A stretch of 64,000 nt of DNA, taken from NCBI GenBank assembly GCA_002245135.1, contig NGBS01000890.1, positions 1-64,000 on the forward strand. Direction: 5' to 3'. The notes under the pieces were generated by a model that was not told the origin of the DNA, ran no database searches, and saw nothing but the letters and a program-made list of their open reading frames with translations. Below, one piece after another: positions 1-14,049 of the stretch. Positions within the stretch are counted from its first letter, which is position 1. Each line of letters begins with the position of its first letter. The stretch comes from Proteromonas lacertae (Eukaryota). The position numbers and the translations under genes were made by a program.

Positions 1-368
1 TGGATTTAGCGTTAATTTTCATGATATGAATGTGATTCTTAACCATTTAATTTATAATAAAAGAATTATATTAGATTTAGATAATTGTAATTCAATAATA
101 GAATTTCTTTATAATATTAAGATGAAGATAAAAGTGAAGATGAATTGAATGATATTATAGAAAAAATAGATTTACATTTATGTAATGCTTTATTGTATGA
201 TGAGTTTATTCCTTATAAGAAAAAGTTAAGTCTAAAGATGTATTCGATTATATCACTTCCAAATATAAAATCAATTATCAAATAGTGAAAAATGTGAAAG
301 TATTATTGGATGAAAGAAGTGATAGTGTTTATTTACTTGAAAACAGTGTATCTAGAATGTCATTATAA
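1..368 (+). CDS. 3' fragment of an unidentified gene (partial, apparent frameshifts)
   Basis: Purine-rich coding-like stretch (e.g. DEDKSEDELNDIIEKIDLHLCNALLYDEFIPY) running off the window start; the frame is not continuous. Confidence 0.3.
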
Positions 369-468
369 TTTCTGATTGATTTTTATATGTTGTTTCTTGC
401 TTTATACTGTTTAATCCATAAATTACCTAAAATTACCAAGATTATTACATTTTTACGTTTATCAAAAA

Positions 469-1769
469 ATGTCTGCTAAACCAAATCTTTGCACTTCATT
501 CACGTTGAGAGGTGTTACATTCAAAAATAGAATGGGTGTTTCTCCCATGATCACAGTATTTTGTTTTAAAATTAATATCTTTTAATAGAGTAATGCAATA
601 GACGGAATTCCGCAAGATATTCAAGTTGTTCATTATGGTATTTTTGATATCAGTTTAATTTGATGTAGGAAACATGGCTTTTAGAGGTTTTGGATTAATT
701 ATTCAAGAATCAACTGCAGTATGTGTTCAAGGTAAAATAACACCAAGGTATATTACATTTTATTTGAAAATGAATAGAGATTTAACAATGATAGACGAAA
801 ATTGTATTGCAGCTTACAAAAGAATAACCAATCTTGTTCATGAAGAGAATTGCAAGATTGGAGTTCAAGTATAAATAATAGAATTACATATATTCTTTTA
901 AATAGTTAAGCCATAGTGGAAGAAAAGGCTCTCAAAGGCCATGTCAAGAAGGAAGAAATTTAAATCTTGGTAAAGATGAAGGCGGCTGGGAATTAGTAGC
1001 TCCAAGTGCAATAAAACACGAACCACATGACACTCCAAGAGAATTAACAATTGCAGAAATAAAAGAGATAGAAGATCAATTTGTAAAATCAACTGAAATA
1101 GCTATTAAAAGTGGATATGATTTTATCGAAATTCATGCTGCTCATGGTTATTTAGTTCATGAATTCTTATCTCCAGTTGCTAATAAACGAACTGATGAAT
1201 ATGGTTGTGATAGTTATGAAAATCGAACAAGATTTTTGAAAGAAATATTATTAAAAGTTAGAAAAGTAATGCCTGAAGATATGCCTTTATTTGTGAGATT
1301 GAGTTGTGTAGATTATGTGGATGGAGGAATAACATTAGAAGATTCAATAAAATTAAGTAAAGATATTCATGAAAATGTATATATTATTCATTTATTATGA
1401 TTAATAATAGTATGGTGTTGATTTAATCGATTGTAGTTCTGCTGGTGTTTCACCTGAACAAAATCTATTGAAATTATGGGGTCATCAATTACCTTATGCT
1501 AAAGCTATCCATGAAGCTGGAGTTCCAAACTACAGCAGTAGGTGGAATATGTGATGGTAAAGTTGCTAATGATTTGATTGAGAATGATGAAACTGATATA
1601 GTGTTAGTCGGAAGAGGATTTTTAAGAGATGCTTTTAATCCTAGAAATATTGCTAAAGATCTTAGTGTATATTATTATTTATATTATTTTATTATAGTTA
1701 CCTGTTCCAGAATTTCATAAAAGTATTCAAAGAGAAGTGAATCGAATTCCTGCTCACTGTAATTATTGA
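469..1769 (+). CDS. NADH:flavin oxidoreductase / Old Yellow Enzyme (YqjM-like)
   Basis: Spliced reading MSAKPNLCTSFTLRGVTFKNRMGVSPM...QLSHSGRK...EIHAAHGYLVHEFLSPVANKRTDEYG...ENRTRF...DIVLVGRGFLRD; several ~30-nt GT-AG introns; TGA at 1767-1769. Confidence 0.9.
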
Positions 1770-2460
1770 TTTGATAATAACTTGTAATGATATTATTTTT
1801 TATTATGTAATTTGTTTTTATTTCTCTCTACCCATTCAAACAACATTAGAAATTTCATTTCATAATAATTAATATAGAGTTTCTCTTTCTTTAATTCACA
1901 AAATCACAATTTCTAATATACATACAGTATTCTTACTCTCTGTTTTGTAGAAATTTAATAATCTGTATGTAGAAATCCATTAGGTGTTCGATATTTTGGA
2001 TATAGTAAGATTTTATTATTATAAGTAACTAAATAAATATAAACCAATGGAATAGAATATGATGTAGATTTAAGACAATATTACTCTATCTTCTACTATT
2101 TTTATTGTATTATTAATCAATATCAAATTCTATTCTATTAATTACTTATAGTCATTTAATTATTCATAATAATATAATCATCCATAAATCCAAAACATCT
2201 AACATCTACTGGATTTCTATCTTACAGTTTTTGATAGAAACATTCACGTTGGAACAGCTTTGGGTAATGTACTTGATATGTAGTGCTAATTCTATTGATG
2301 TCTTCGGTAATGCTAATAATAATCTTATATACAAAGCGATATACACTTCAAAAAATATAAAATGAAAAATATAACGAATAATTACAAGCTTTTGGCTTGA
2401 ATTATTAATGTTGAAAAAATCCGTTTCACAAAAATAAAAATAAAAATAATCTATTCAGAT

Positions 2461-3858
2461 TTAGTTTTTACATCAACCTTTTTACTTCTAGAAGCTCTAA
2501 ACAAACGAAACCAGGAATTTAATAAAGGTAAAAGAGTTGGAGCTAATCTATTCATATAATAGAGATAGTTATTGAATATACAAGGCAAATATATGATAAG
2601 GAGGTAAACTTGGTTGATGAATAGCAAATTCAGGAGAATATAATAAACTATATAACATTTTATTCACTTTATTCATATTCTTTATTACATTCATTTTTGA
2701 TTCTTTCTCACTTTCATTTATTATTTTTTGGACTTCTTTTAATATTTTATAACTATCTTTTGGAACTGAAATATAAAACCATTTACTCTTCACATCTTTC
2801 AAATATAATTCATAAGTTATTAATTCATTTTTATATATTTTAAACAATGAATAATATATCACATCATTTATCATTGAAGGATATTTCAATAACAATTCTT
2901 TATTCTCATTTTTTATTGATAAACAATTCAATATATGTTTTTCAACAACTCCTTCTATTGTTTTTTCTTCTTTCTCATTATTATTATTTCCACTATCTCT
3001 TGATATTGGTATTATATTTATTCCCATATTATCATCATAATAAAGTGATTCTTTTTCTTCATTTTCTGTTACTATAATTATATCATTACAAAAATAGGAA
3101 CTCAGTGGTAAATTATTTGATATTTCATCTAATATATATTGATGAAGAATATTGTAATGTTTTTTATTTATTTTGAACTGTTGTTCGGAATATGGCAAAA
3201 TATTACTACTTATTTTCATAGGTAATACTGTATTTGAATTGATGTAATTTTTGTTTAAATTATCTTCGATTTTGGAAGTATTTATTTTAATATCAGGTAA
3301 TATAGATACTGGATACATGTAAGTTATACCAATTTCTATTTTCTCATTATTTAACTCATTTCGATTTATATCAAATGAACTGGAATAAAACAATGATAAT
3401 ATTGGATTTATGTAATTTACACAATCTTCCTTTGATTTATGTGAATGATAAAATGTGTGAGTAGCTCCATACACTACTGTGACTATTTCATCACCATTCT
3501 TACATTCCATAATACTTGGATTTGTAGATAAAGAAGAAATTTTACTACATTCTTCTTCAGTTTTGCTATTTTCTTGGTGAAATTTGTATTTAACTATATA
3601 ATCAGAAGGATTTTGAGGTTTCAATATATTCTTCTCAAGATAATCCTGAACTGAAAAACGATCTCCAGTTCTACTGTATATATTTACCTCAATTACATCT
3701 TGCTCTCTTATTATATTGGAATGTAATGGTAGTTGAGTTGGAAACAGACTAGAATTATAAAAGAATAATGAATACATCAAAGTTCTTTTCAAACCAAAAT
3801 ATAATGCTGGAAATAAAAATAATGCATAGCAAATTGCTAATTTAGCAAGCAATTCCAT
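2461..3858 (-). CDS. GPI transamidase subunit PIG-S-like membrane protein
   Basis: 429-aa ORF with N-terminal TM; a short intron near 2548-2580 joins to C-terminal ...PPYHIFALLAPTLLPLLNSWFRLF..., resembling the PIG-S C-terminal TM region. Confidence 0.5.
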
Positions 3859-4039
3859 CAGAAAATCAAGAATTATTTATTCAAGCAAGTTTGATAATTT
3901 ATTTTGAATAAAATCAATATATGAGTTATAGAGAAATTTATTTATCATCATTTGTAAGAAGATAATTCAAAAGAATATAGATGAAAATAATAAATACACT
4001 AATTTTTCTTTAATTATTAATTACAATGCTACCGAAGTG

Positions 4040-5025
4040 TTATATATTCAATATAACATTATTTTCTTCACATATCTGTCTTACTACTTCAACAATACAT
4101 TTATCATTCTCAACTCCACTTACATCATCGACTTCATCCAATTTAGTGTTTATCACAACAGATTTCCAGTTTTTACATTTATCAATAGATTATAAATCAT
4201 ATTTATCATCAATCATATATATCTTATCCACATTCTTCAATCTTTCTTCACACAATTCATATAATCCTAATTTTGGTTGATCAAATGAAATAACATCAAT
4301 ATCTCTTCCTGTACATACTCTATATACATTCTTTAAACCTAAAACAAAAGCACCATTAGTAAATCTAGGTATTTCATATTCAGATTCTTTTGTTATGTTA
4401 TTATTCAAAATATAACATATTATTCTTTGTTCTGTTGATTCATGATCTGGTTCAGGGATTCCATCACTTCGTAATATGTCTATTAACACTTGATATAAAC
4501 ATAACCAATCATAATTAAACGAATAAACGATAATTTGATCTATTCTCATTTTATCATCTTTGTAATCTTCAATTACTGTTATTCCATCTCGTTTTTCATA
4601 TTTATAACTAGGACATAAATATGGTCTTTCACTTAAATAGTCTTGAAATGTAATATAATTGGTAAATCCAAAGAATTTGGCTATTTTTGTTGATTCATTG
4701 TTATCTTTTCCTACTATTAAACTCTTTTTGGATGGATCATTTATATTTTTGGAGATATTAGAAGTAAAAACAATATGGTCTAAACTAATTTCATAATCTT
4801 CATAATACAATGGTGAATCACTGTAACAAGTATAGTAATATAATAAAAATACATTCAATCATCCATTTCTATATTAATAAGAGAGTCTAATAAGATTAAA
4901 TATGGTATTTTGTGTAAATCTAATTTTTCTAGCATTTTCTTAGTTCTATTTGCATTATCTCTTGCTAGTGTCTTTTTACATTGAGTAATATTCTTTATAT
5001 TGCTGAAGCATAAACAAAAATTCAT
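4040..5025 (-). pseudogene. HAD class IIA hydrolase (HDHD5/CECR5-like), probable pseudogene
   Basis: Motifs LYQVLIDILRSDG, IPRFTNGAF, KIYMIDD, WKSVVINT; in-frame TGA (~4855) and TAA (4190-4192) with the frame continuing on both sides; N-terminal DxD motif not seen. Confidence 0.6.
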
Positions 5026-5135
5026 TTTTAATTACTGAAAATATATTCGTTTCAATGGTTCTTCTTTTTATTATAACACAAGACAGACGTAATTAAACAT
5101 TAAAGTAATAATATAAATAAATTAATGTTTAGATT

Positions 5136-7350
5136 TTAAAGTGTTTCATATAATTTACTGATTAAATTGTTATATTTTGCTTCAATAACTCCCCTTTTCA
5201 TTTTCAATGTTGGTGTCAATTCTCCACTAGATAATCCATAATCATGATCCAATAAAATCCACTTTCTAATATTCTGAGCTTGAGAAATAGACAAATTCTT
5301 ATTATAAAAGTCTATTTGTTTATCAATATATTCTCTTAACTTAGAATCATTAATAGCTTCACTTACCGTTTTAGATTTACTCCCTAATTGCTCTAATAAC
5401 TGTAATGTTTCACTACTCAATTCATCGTTTGGATTTCCTTCAGTATCACTCATTGTCTTAAGCGTCATTATCATCGATAAGAACTTTCTCTTATCTCCAA
5501 TTAACGTACAATTTGAAATACATGGAATAATCTTCTTGATCTTATCTTCAATATATAATGGAGGAATATTTTCACCACCCTATTTAACCATATTAACAAT
5601 AATAATAATAATAATAATAATAATATATACAGCAGTAATAATAATATCTTTCATCCTTCCAGTAACTTTCACAAATCCATCTTTATCAATTATACCAATA
5701 TCACCAGTATGAACATAACCATTACTATCTCCAGTTGTATTGGTCAATTCTTCATCATCTTTATAACCCATAAATACATTCCTGCCGTAGTAGATTATTT
5801 CACCTGTTTCTTCAATAAGTTTTAAATCAACTCCTTGACAAGCATGACCAGATGTACCAATCTAAATAAATAAATATATATATATTATATACTCTCCATT
5901 GTTGTTTTGAATTTGTTGCTACTGGACCAGATCCTTCTGATTGACCTAATAATTCATATACTCTTATATCTAAATCAGCTAAGAATTGAATAACTTCAGG
6001 TAATATCGGTGCAGCTGATGATATACCAGTAACCATATATTCAAATCCTAAATTCTGTTTGATTTTAGAGAATAATAAACTATCAGCCATTCCTAAGCAA
6101 TTCACTGGTTGATGAACAGCACCATATTGCAGATTCTGACTTTGTATATGACCTTTTGATTTTGCCCATTCTATTAAACTCTTTTTTATACCATTCTATT
6201 GTATAATAATTTAAAATAATAATTATTATTATAAAATTATACTGAATTTTTAAATGTATTATATATTTGATCTTTAATTTTTTCCCATACTCTTGGAACT
6301 CCCATATGAAATATTGGATGACACTATTTAATATATATAAATAATTAATACTGCTTTCAATGTCTGTACAAGTGATCCTTTCAATGCATCAGGTCTTGCA
6401 AACCAAACTTCACTTTTCTGTCTTAATGGTACATAAATATCAACAATCTGAGCAGCAATATGTGACAAAGGTAAATAACTAACAAATCTTAATAATTCAT
6501 ATTTATCTCTTTCTTCTTCACTTCTTACATCTAAACAACTATAAACACATGTCACTGCAGTCCATAAACCATTATCGTGAGAGATTAAAACTGCTTTTGG
6601 TAAACTAACTGTTCCACTTGTGAAAATAATGGCACAACATTGGTTTGGCTTTTGTGATTTGATTGAATCGTATATTGCAGTGTCTGATATATCGTTTGTG
6701 CCTAATTCTAGAAATTCTTCATAGTAATATATTGGAAATTCTGCATTTTTTGGTTTTTCACAATTTTCATGACTATAACTATAATTATTATATATTATAA
6801 TAAAAACAAGGAAATATATAATAAATACATAATACACGCTAATGGTTTGAATTCTGGTTGGATTTCAAGATACTTTTTCAGTTGTTTTTCTCCCTCAACT
6901 AAGATAAATGTACAATCTGATCTTTTAGCAGCATCCAAACAGGCGGCAGGTGAATTTGTGGCGTATATTCCTGTGGCTATACCTCCAGCGATAATTGAAC
7001 CAGTGTAAGCACATACATATTCAAATGAATTGAATCCTATTAAATCAACACCGTCCCATCTTTTTAATCCTAATTTTATCAATGATTTGGCAAATCTAGA
7101 GTAATTATAGAAAAATCATTGTGTACTTGAAGGAATTAATGAAATAATCGTGATATGTATATTTAATACCATTGCAATCAACATGAGATATGCATTGTCC
7201 GTATTTTTTGTCCATGTCAATTAATGACTAGAATCAGTAGAACAAAAGTGATACTTCACCAACAGTAATAGCAGGTATACCAGCCACACCGTTTCCCATT
7301 CTCAACTGCACTTCTTCTTTTATATTACTCACAAAATATGATTGTTTCAT
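5136..7350 (-). CDS. Long-chain fatty acid-CoA ligase (ACSBG/bubblegum type)
   Basis: IIFTSGT, SYLPLSHIAAQ, HTGDIG, TGRMKDIIITAGGENIPP and GELTPTLKMKR motifs across multiple exons. Confidence 0.93.
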
Positions 7351-7892
7351 AAACTAAGAATTTATTGAAAAACAACCAATCGTTTGTTAAGAACAATTCA
7401 ATGACCAAAGATTTTTTAAATGTAATAAAAACTACGTCATCATTTTACCAACAATAACTTCTCTGAGATTTTATACTTACACTGCAAACAAGCTTTTATC
7501 GATATTTATAGAAACACATCATCTGTAATTCTAATACTATTCTAAATAAAATATTTAGAGTAGTAAGACTGATTTTAATATTCATATGTTTGGTTTTAAC
7601 CATAATTAATTTCATTACATGAATTATGATGTATTAAATATTCCTAATAGTAATTTTTGATGAAATAATAGTCATCTGTGTATTTTATACTCAATAATAA
7701 GTAAAGAACATCTTTAATCTACATTATTTTAAGGTCTGAATTCTTTTATAATAGACTGAATAACATGATAAACCTATTTTTGAAACGATTATATTGGGAA
7801 TTAATAGACTAAAATAATGTAACAAACATGAAACGAATAATTTTTTAAAAATCTAAATTTCATTTTTTAAATTTGAATAAGGAAAGCAATTA

Positions 7893-9673
7893 ATGCCAAT
7901 CGATAGACAACCAATTTCATTAGATACCAATATAGTTCAAGTATAACTATAAATCTTTAGCACCTAGGATAACATACCTTTTCAAATCATTCCACATCTT
8001 TTTATTGGTTCTAAACATGCTTGTTTTAACATTGAGGGTTTAAGAGCTCAAAATATAACTCACATTTTAAATATCTCAGGCATACCACCAACATATCCAA
8101 AAGATTTTACATATATGACAATTGAAATACACGATAAAGAGGAGTCTAATCTTCTCTCTGTTGTGCCATTAGCTATGTTGTTTATCGACACAGCATTAAA
8201 GAATGGAAGTTGTTTAGTTCATTGTGTAGCTGGTAGATCTAGATCAGCAGCAATAATAATAGCATATTTAATCAATAAATGTCATTACTCCTACTATGAA
8301 GCCTACGATTATGTAAAAGCGAAAAGATCAGTAGTTACACTTAATAAAGGTTTTCAAGAACAATTAAAAGCATATTATGAAAGTAGATGTGATGTTTATA
8401 TAGCAAACCAAATTTTACTTTCTCAAAGATTTAATACGTTAAGTACAATGTACACGAGTCGAATGTCTGTATCAACAGTATCACAATTAAAATATCCATC
8501 ACTGCAAGATGTAGCACATGTACAATTAGTTATGCCATCCAATGAAAAATCTAATTCTCCTATTACTTTACCAACATTAAGAGGTCTTCAGTTAGGATAT
8601 CATTGTAGATATTGTAATAAACTATTATTCACTAATTCCAAGTATATATTTAATAATTATATATATATATATATATATTAAATTAGTGTAATTCGTCATA
8701 TTGAAATACCAAAGCCACCTTCTTCAAGACCATCATTACAACAATCACAACAACAACAACCATTACTACAAGAAGTTAAAATGTTTGAATTAAAAGGAAT
8801 TAACACATTACAAAAGGTGAAAAGAGTAAGTGTGAATAGTGATTCACCTAATTTTATTGGTGCAATTAATACACCAACCCCCCAAATTTCTGGCATCCCC
8901 AATACTGTAGGAGGTGGTAGAGGATCAGTTACATCAACATCTTCATCTAATTATTATTTAGATCCATCTTCAGCTAGATCAGATTTGTCAGTAAGTTCGC
9001 CAAGCCCAGATCATCGATATGAATCAAAGTATATATATTATAATTATTTATTAATATTATTAGAACACCTGATCCATTGGATAGTCCAGCTCCATCAATA
9101 AGAATACCAACTTCTGCTTCTACATCTCCAATGAAATTCTCAACTGAATTGTCTGAGATTATTTCACCAAATCCACCTAAAGATTCACCACCACCTTCAC
9201 CACGTATTTATTATTATTATTATTATATTGATTATATATAGATCCTTTAATTGATGGAAATTGGTATAAGACTGTAGAAATGATAGAAAGTGTAGGAAAA
9301 GTCAAACCAGAGTATATTAAATCGTTTTATTTTTATTTATAATATAGTTTTTCTGCTAAATCATTATATCAACAAGATTCTAATCAATTAGTTCCAAATT
9401 GTGATTTTATATTCATTGAACCGATGAGTTGGTTGAATGACCAAATAACTAAATTATGCAAAGGTAAAATATTATGTTGTGAATGTAAGAAAGAAATTGG
9501 TTTTTATGCTTGGTCAGGATATTTGTATATATTTATATTTTATATTTTATAGTTGTTCTTGTGGTGAGAGTATTACACCAGCTTTTACGATCTATCGAAG
9601 ATCTGTTGTTCCTCATACACGAGATCATGAGTTTATCCAGTTTACTGAGACTGAAGAATGTCCAGGTAAATAA
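7893..9673 (+). CDS. YVH1: Dual-specificity phosphatase with C-terminal zinc-binding domain (DUSP12/YVH1-like)
   Basis: VHCVAGRSRS catalytic motif; CRYCNKLL, FIEPMSWL, CCECKKEIG.YAWSG, CSCGESITPAF. Confidence 0.85.
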
Positions 9674-9766
9674 CTATGAGAAATTTTATTTTTTAAAAGG
9701 TATTTTCTTTTTGTATTTTGCCTGTTATTAACCAAAATAATGATAATTAAATAAGAGAGTTATTAT

Positions 9767-10063
9767 TTATGAATATTTAGCGAAAGCCCATTCTTTATTA
9801 CATAAAGGACATGTTTGCTTCTTCTTTAACCAATGACTTATACAATGAAAGTGAAAAGAGTGGTTACATTTGCCAATAGAAGTCTAGCATATAGTATATG
9901 AGTAATATACGGAACATTGAGTATCAACATCCATTCCCTGACACTCTAAACACAATTCCTGTAAATTAGCACGACAAATAGCACATGTTTCTGTTTGTAT
10001 ATTCATTGAGAATAATGCCTTAGCATCCCAGGAAGTTATTTTAAAAAAATCAGTCTCACTCAT
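9767..10063 (-). CDS. RBX1: RING-H2 protein RBX1/ROC1-like, copy A
   Basis: Not in the ORF track; spliced [42 protein letters not shown]...[29 protein letters not shown]; one short intron. Confidence 0.85.
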
Positions 10064-10345
10064 GTAAAAAAGAAAAATAAACTAGTCAAGCTTTTAAAAA
10101 TAGGTTTGACATAACAAATGTTTTTTTCTATTTACATAGATAATAAAACAAAATTATAATTACAGTAATTAACTATCTATAATAAGTTGTAAGGAATGAA
10201 AGGTGAGAAGTTGATAAATGCAGGTTTATGATTTTTAATAGTAGTGTAACGTATATAATCAATATATTTTAATAATGAAAATATCGTGAGAATGTGTTTA
10301 TCCACTTATCTAAAAAGAACAAAATATTTATATAAAATTAGTTAT

Positions 10346-10644
10346 TTAAGAATATTTGGCAAAAGCCCATTCATTTTTACATAAAGGACATTCTTGTTTC
10401 TTCTTTAACCAGTGACTTATACAATGAAAGTGAAAAGAATGATCACATTTACCAACAGCTGCCTAATAATATATTCATATACGTTTTATACTGAACAGTT
10501 AACTTCTCCATCTACACCTTGACATTCTGTACAAGCATCTATTAAATCATTTCTACAAATGCCACACGTGTCTGTTTGAAGATCTAATGAGAATAAGGCT
10601 TTAGCATCCCAAGAAGTTACTTTAAAAAATTCACTTTCACTCAT
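10346..10644 (-). CDS. RBX1: RING-H2 protein RBX1/ROC1-like, copy B
   Basis: Spliced [42 protein letters not shown]...[29 protein letters not shown]; intron at the same position as copy A. Confidence 0.85.
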
Positions 10645-10785
10645 TGATATAAAGAAAAAAAAACAAAAATATAATTCAAACTTATTTTAGAGTTTGACAC
10701 TCTGAAAGTCATTTTTTCAATTTAAACAATCAACCAAACAAATAAAATATTGTTAATATAAATAAATCAATTTTACATTTTCAAA

Positions 10786-12065
10786 TTAGTTTTTAGGACG
10801 AGGTAGGAAGCTAATAATCGTGGATTGACGATTAACCATAACAGAGCTATTGAAAGTCAAACTATCCTCACTAACATTATGTGACATTGTATTATCTTCG
10901 GGAGTTTTAATTTCATCAACCACTTTACTTGAAGGTGAAGGAATTGTTGGTAATTCACTCACATCCTTCTGTAATACCATTCTAGCGGTATTATTGATTG
11001 TATTTGATTTAGCAGTACTATTATCTTTAACTTTACGAGATGGTGATGTTTTATTCCCTCCAGTTTTAGTTTTTGGACATTGGTGGTGGTTTAGTTGGTT
11101 GTTTCTTATTAACTTTAGGTAAATATTGGAAGTTAGGTTGTTCTGTGAGTGGAGGTGGATTGAGTGGTCTTTCTATTTCTTTCATTTTTGTTTGTCTTTC
11201 TAATTCTGATGTAAATGGTAATCTTTTACCAGTAGCCATTTCCTCAAATTTGTCTCTCTTGTGATATATTGTATTCATATTTCCTTCTTCTCCTTCATGC
11301 GCCATTGCGTCTTTGGGATCTTCATATTTATCTAAATTATGACTTTGATGAGATGCTTCTATTCTTAGATTGAAATTGGCTGTTTTATTACTTGTATTTG
11401 GTAGAACTAATTCAAATTTCTATAATAAAATAAATAAATAAATATTATATATATACTGGCATAGATGGATCTACAATATCATTATGACTTGCACATACTA
11501 TTGGTTCTCCTACAAACATGTTGTGTTGATCTTTTGCAGCTTGTAATCTTAACGTTGAATTATCATCTCTATGACCTGTTGATTTAAATGCACTTTTTCC
11601 TTCACTTGGACTTTCTTCCAATATATTTCTTTCTTTAAATGGAGTTAAATGATCTCCATAGGTTTTGGCATCTCTTTGTTTTTCATCTATTTTATTGGGA
11701 CGGTGATAAGAAGAATCAAAGGTTGGTGGATGATCTAACTTTTTCTGTTCTTCCTCCATGTCTTTCAATGGACCATATAGTTTAGGAGTTGTTTTACCCT
11801 ATTAGTGATTATTTATAATTGTTTAAATATACTTGAGGAGCTACCATTACTTCAGAACGATGATCTAAACCACTTTGCAATGTGGTGAATTTGGATCGAG
11901 ATAAAAAACTAATTCTTCGAGGTTCATTATCTCCATTCTCACTAATTATTTTATTTATATTGTCAGAATCGTCAAAAATGTTTTTATCATCTGTATTAGG
12001 AACAATGGTTTTGGGAGTACGATCTATATATTTTTTATATATTTTTAAAGTATACTACTCTTCAT
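10786..12065 (-). CDS. Hypothetical disordered protein
   Basis: ORF segments 10786-10980, 11066-11305 and 11445-11768 linked by short introns and one apparent frameshift near 11077; start MKSNRTPK. Confidence 0.65.
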
Positions 12066-12338
12066 TTATGCTCTATTCCCTTTTAAACGTTTTTTTCTTT
12101 TAGCTTGATATGAATTTGATTACTTTTTGGTTAAAATCCCCGTATAAATATATTCGTTTCATTATTTTTATTTTTTATTTTTTCCTTATATATAAACATC
12201 AATTACTATAAGAGAATATTATTAATTATTTATTATTAAAATATTCTTCTGATAATACTTTCATTTTATGATTTGTTACCCCACAATAAACATTTTTAAA
12301 TAAAACTATTATCATTTACTAAACCATCAACTGCTCTG

Positions 12339-13932
12339 TCAGTTTATGAAATTTCTTCTCTTTTCGACATGGGTTTGGACTAGGCTATAACTTTTATATT
12401 TATTATACATTAAACATAACAAGATGCTGATTATCACTATCAATATTCCTATTATTACTACGGAACTAATAAATAAATATTTATATAAGTTAGATTCCTT
12501 ATATTTCCAAGGCAAAAGATTGGAATATAACATTATTCCACCCAAACTCCAACTAAATTGCATTTCATCATGTTTATTCTATTAATATAAAATAAAATAT
12601 ACAGTAAAGTAGATTCTTGGCTCATTCACTGGAACGTGTAGTGCTTTAGCTAATACATTATATATATACTCTAAATCATAACAATATTTACTACTAAATT
12701 CATCTTCATCTGGATATTTTGCTTTTATACTATTCCAATCTTCTGAACATAATTTATTCATATAATTATATATTTCATCTAATGTCAGTATATCTTTTGA
12801 TGAATTTAATATATGTGGAACATGTGATAAACCTCCATATCCATAAAACATTATATTATTAATATCACTCTGATATACACCATGAATTGCACAACTGTGA
12901 TAATTTTCATCATCTTCTCCATATGCTGTTGTATAACAAGTATCATTCAAACCTAATAATAATGTTATATAACTATTACATTTTTCACTATTGGATTCTC
13001 CTTTTACTATAAATTCTTTATTTCCTGTTATAGATGAATATTTATGAGTATAATTGGTAGGAAGACATGGATTTGTAATGATATCTTCATCCTTTACTAC
13101 TTGTTTATTGTTTCTATTTGTTGATCTAATTATATATTCTAATAATAGAGTATAAAAGTCATTTAAACCATAATGTAAATATGAATGAGTATATAAATTA
13201 TTATTTATATTCAAGAAAGGAATAGCATAACTATTCTCTAAGATTGAACTCTCATTATCCAGGTTATTGTTGTAATATGTTATTTCTAAACTTCCACCTC
13301 CTAAATCAAGTGAACCAAATGTTTTAATTTCTTTATCATCATTCAATACTGATGTCAATGTCCCTAATATCTGATTTACAGATATCCAACCATATACACC
13401 TTCTTCTTCACCTGATAATATTCTGCAATTTCTATTTTCGAATTTGAATGGATTTAAGGATTTATCTGCTAATAATTCTCGAACTCTTATCATTAACCTA
13501 TATATATATATAATCATATTACAATATACATATCACGTTGACGATGTGGCAATGATCGAACTCCAGCTGTAGCAAAGAGATAAATTGGAATACTTGAATA
13601 ATCAGCATTATAGGTCTATTATTATGAAATTATTAAAATATAAGTGTATAAAACAATACTTTTAAAACTCCCATAGCAAATTGAACAAGAGAAGATATAT
13701 AACTCGACAATTGATCCATATTATTAACAAAAGTAGTTATTGCTGGTGTAGCTTTTGTTGCCCATTTCTCTTGAGTGACTGGAATAGATATTGAAGGAGG
13801 CAAAGATTTATAAGTTCTATCAGGCCAACTATATACAAATGCTCTGCTTCCTGAACTACCGGCATCTATAATAACACCATATTCAGTACAACAAACGTAA
13901 AGAATCAGCAAACAACCAACAAAAAACTTCAT
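12339..13932 (-). CDS. Ectonucleoside triphosphate diphosphohydrolase (GDA1/CD39 apyrase)
   Basis: Signal peptide MKFFVGCLLIL; ACR motifs IDAGSSGSR, ATAGVR, ILSGEEEGVYGW, LDLGGGS, SWSLG; C-terminal TM. Confidence 0.93.
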
Positions 13933-14049
13933 TTTTGTCTCAAGCTTATGTTTGACATACAAAAAGACAAACTTTACATAATTCAAATATAGATTTAGAT
14001 TTAGATATAGATATATGGATATAAAATTTAAAAACATCACTCTTCTCAT

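Noticed and set aside
1810..2340. Possible small minus-strand gene downstream of the 2384-2400 element
   Set aside because: Could not assemble a convincing spliced frame or recognise a product; may be a decayed gene or ncRNA
7821..7828. TGTTTGTT on the minus strand
   Set aside because: Located in a divergent promoter gap rather than after a stop codon, so the motif alone is not diagnostic of a 3' end
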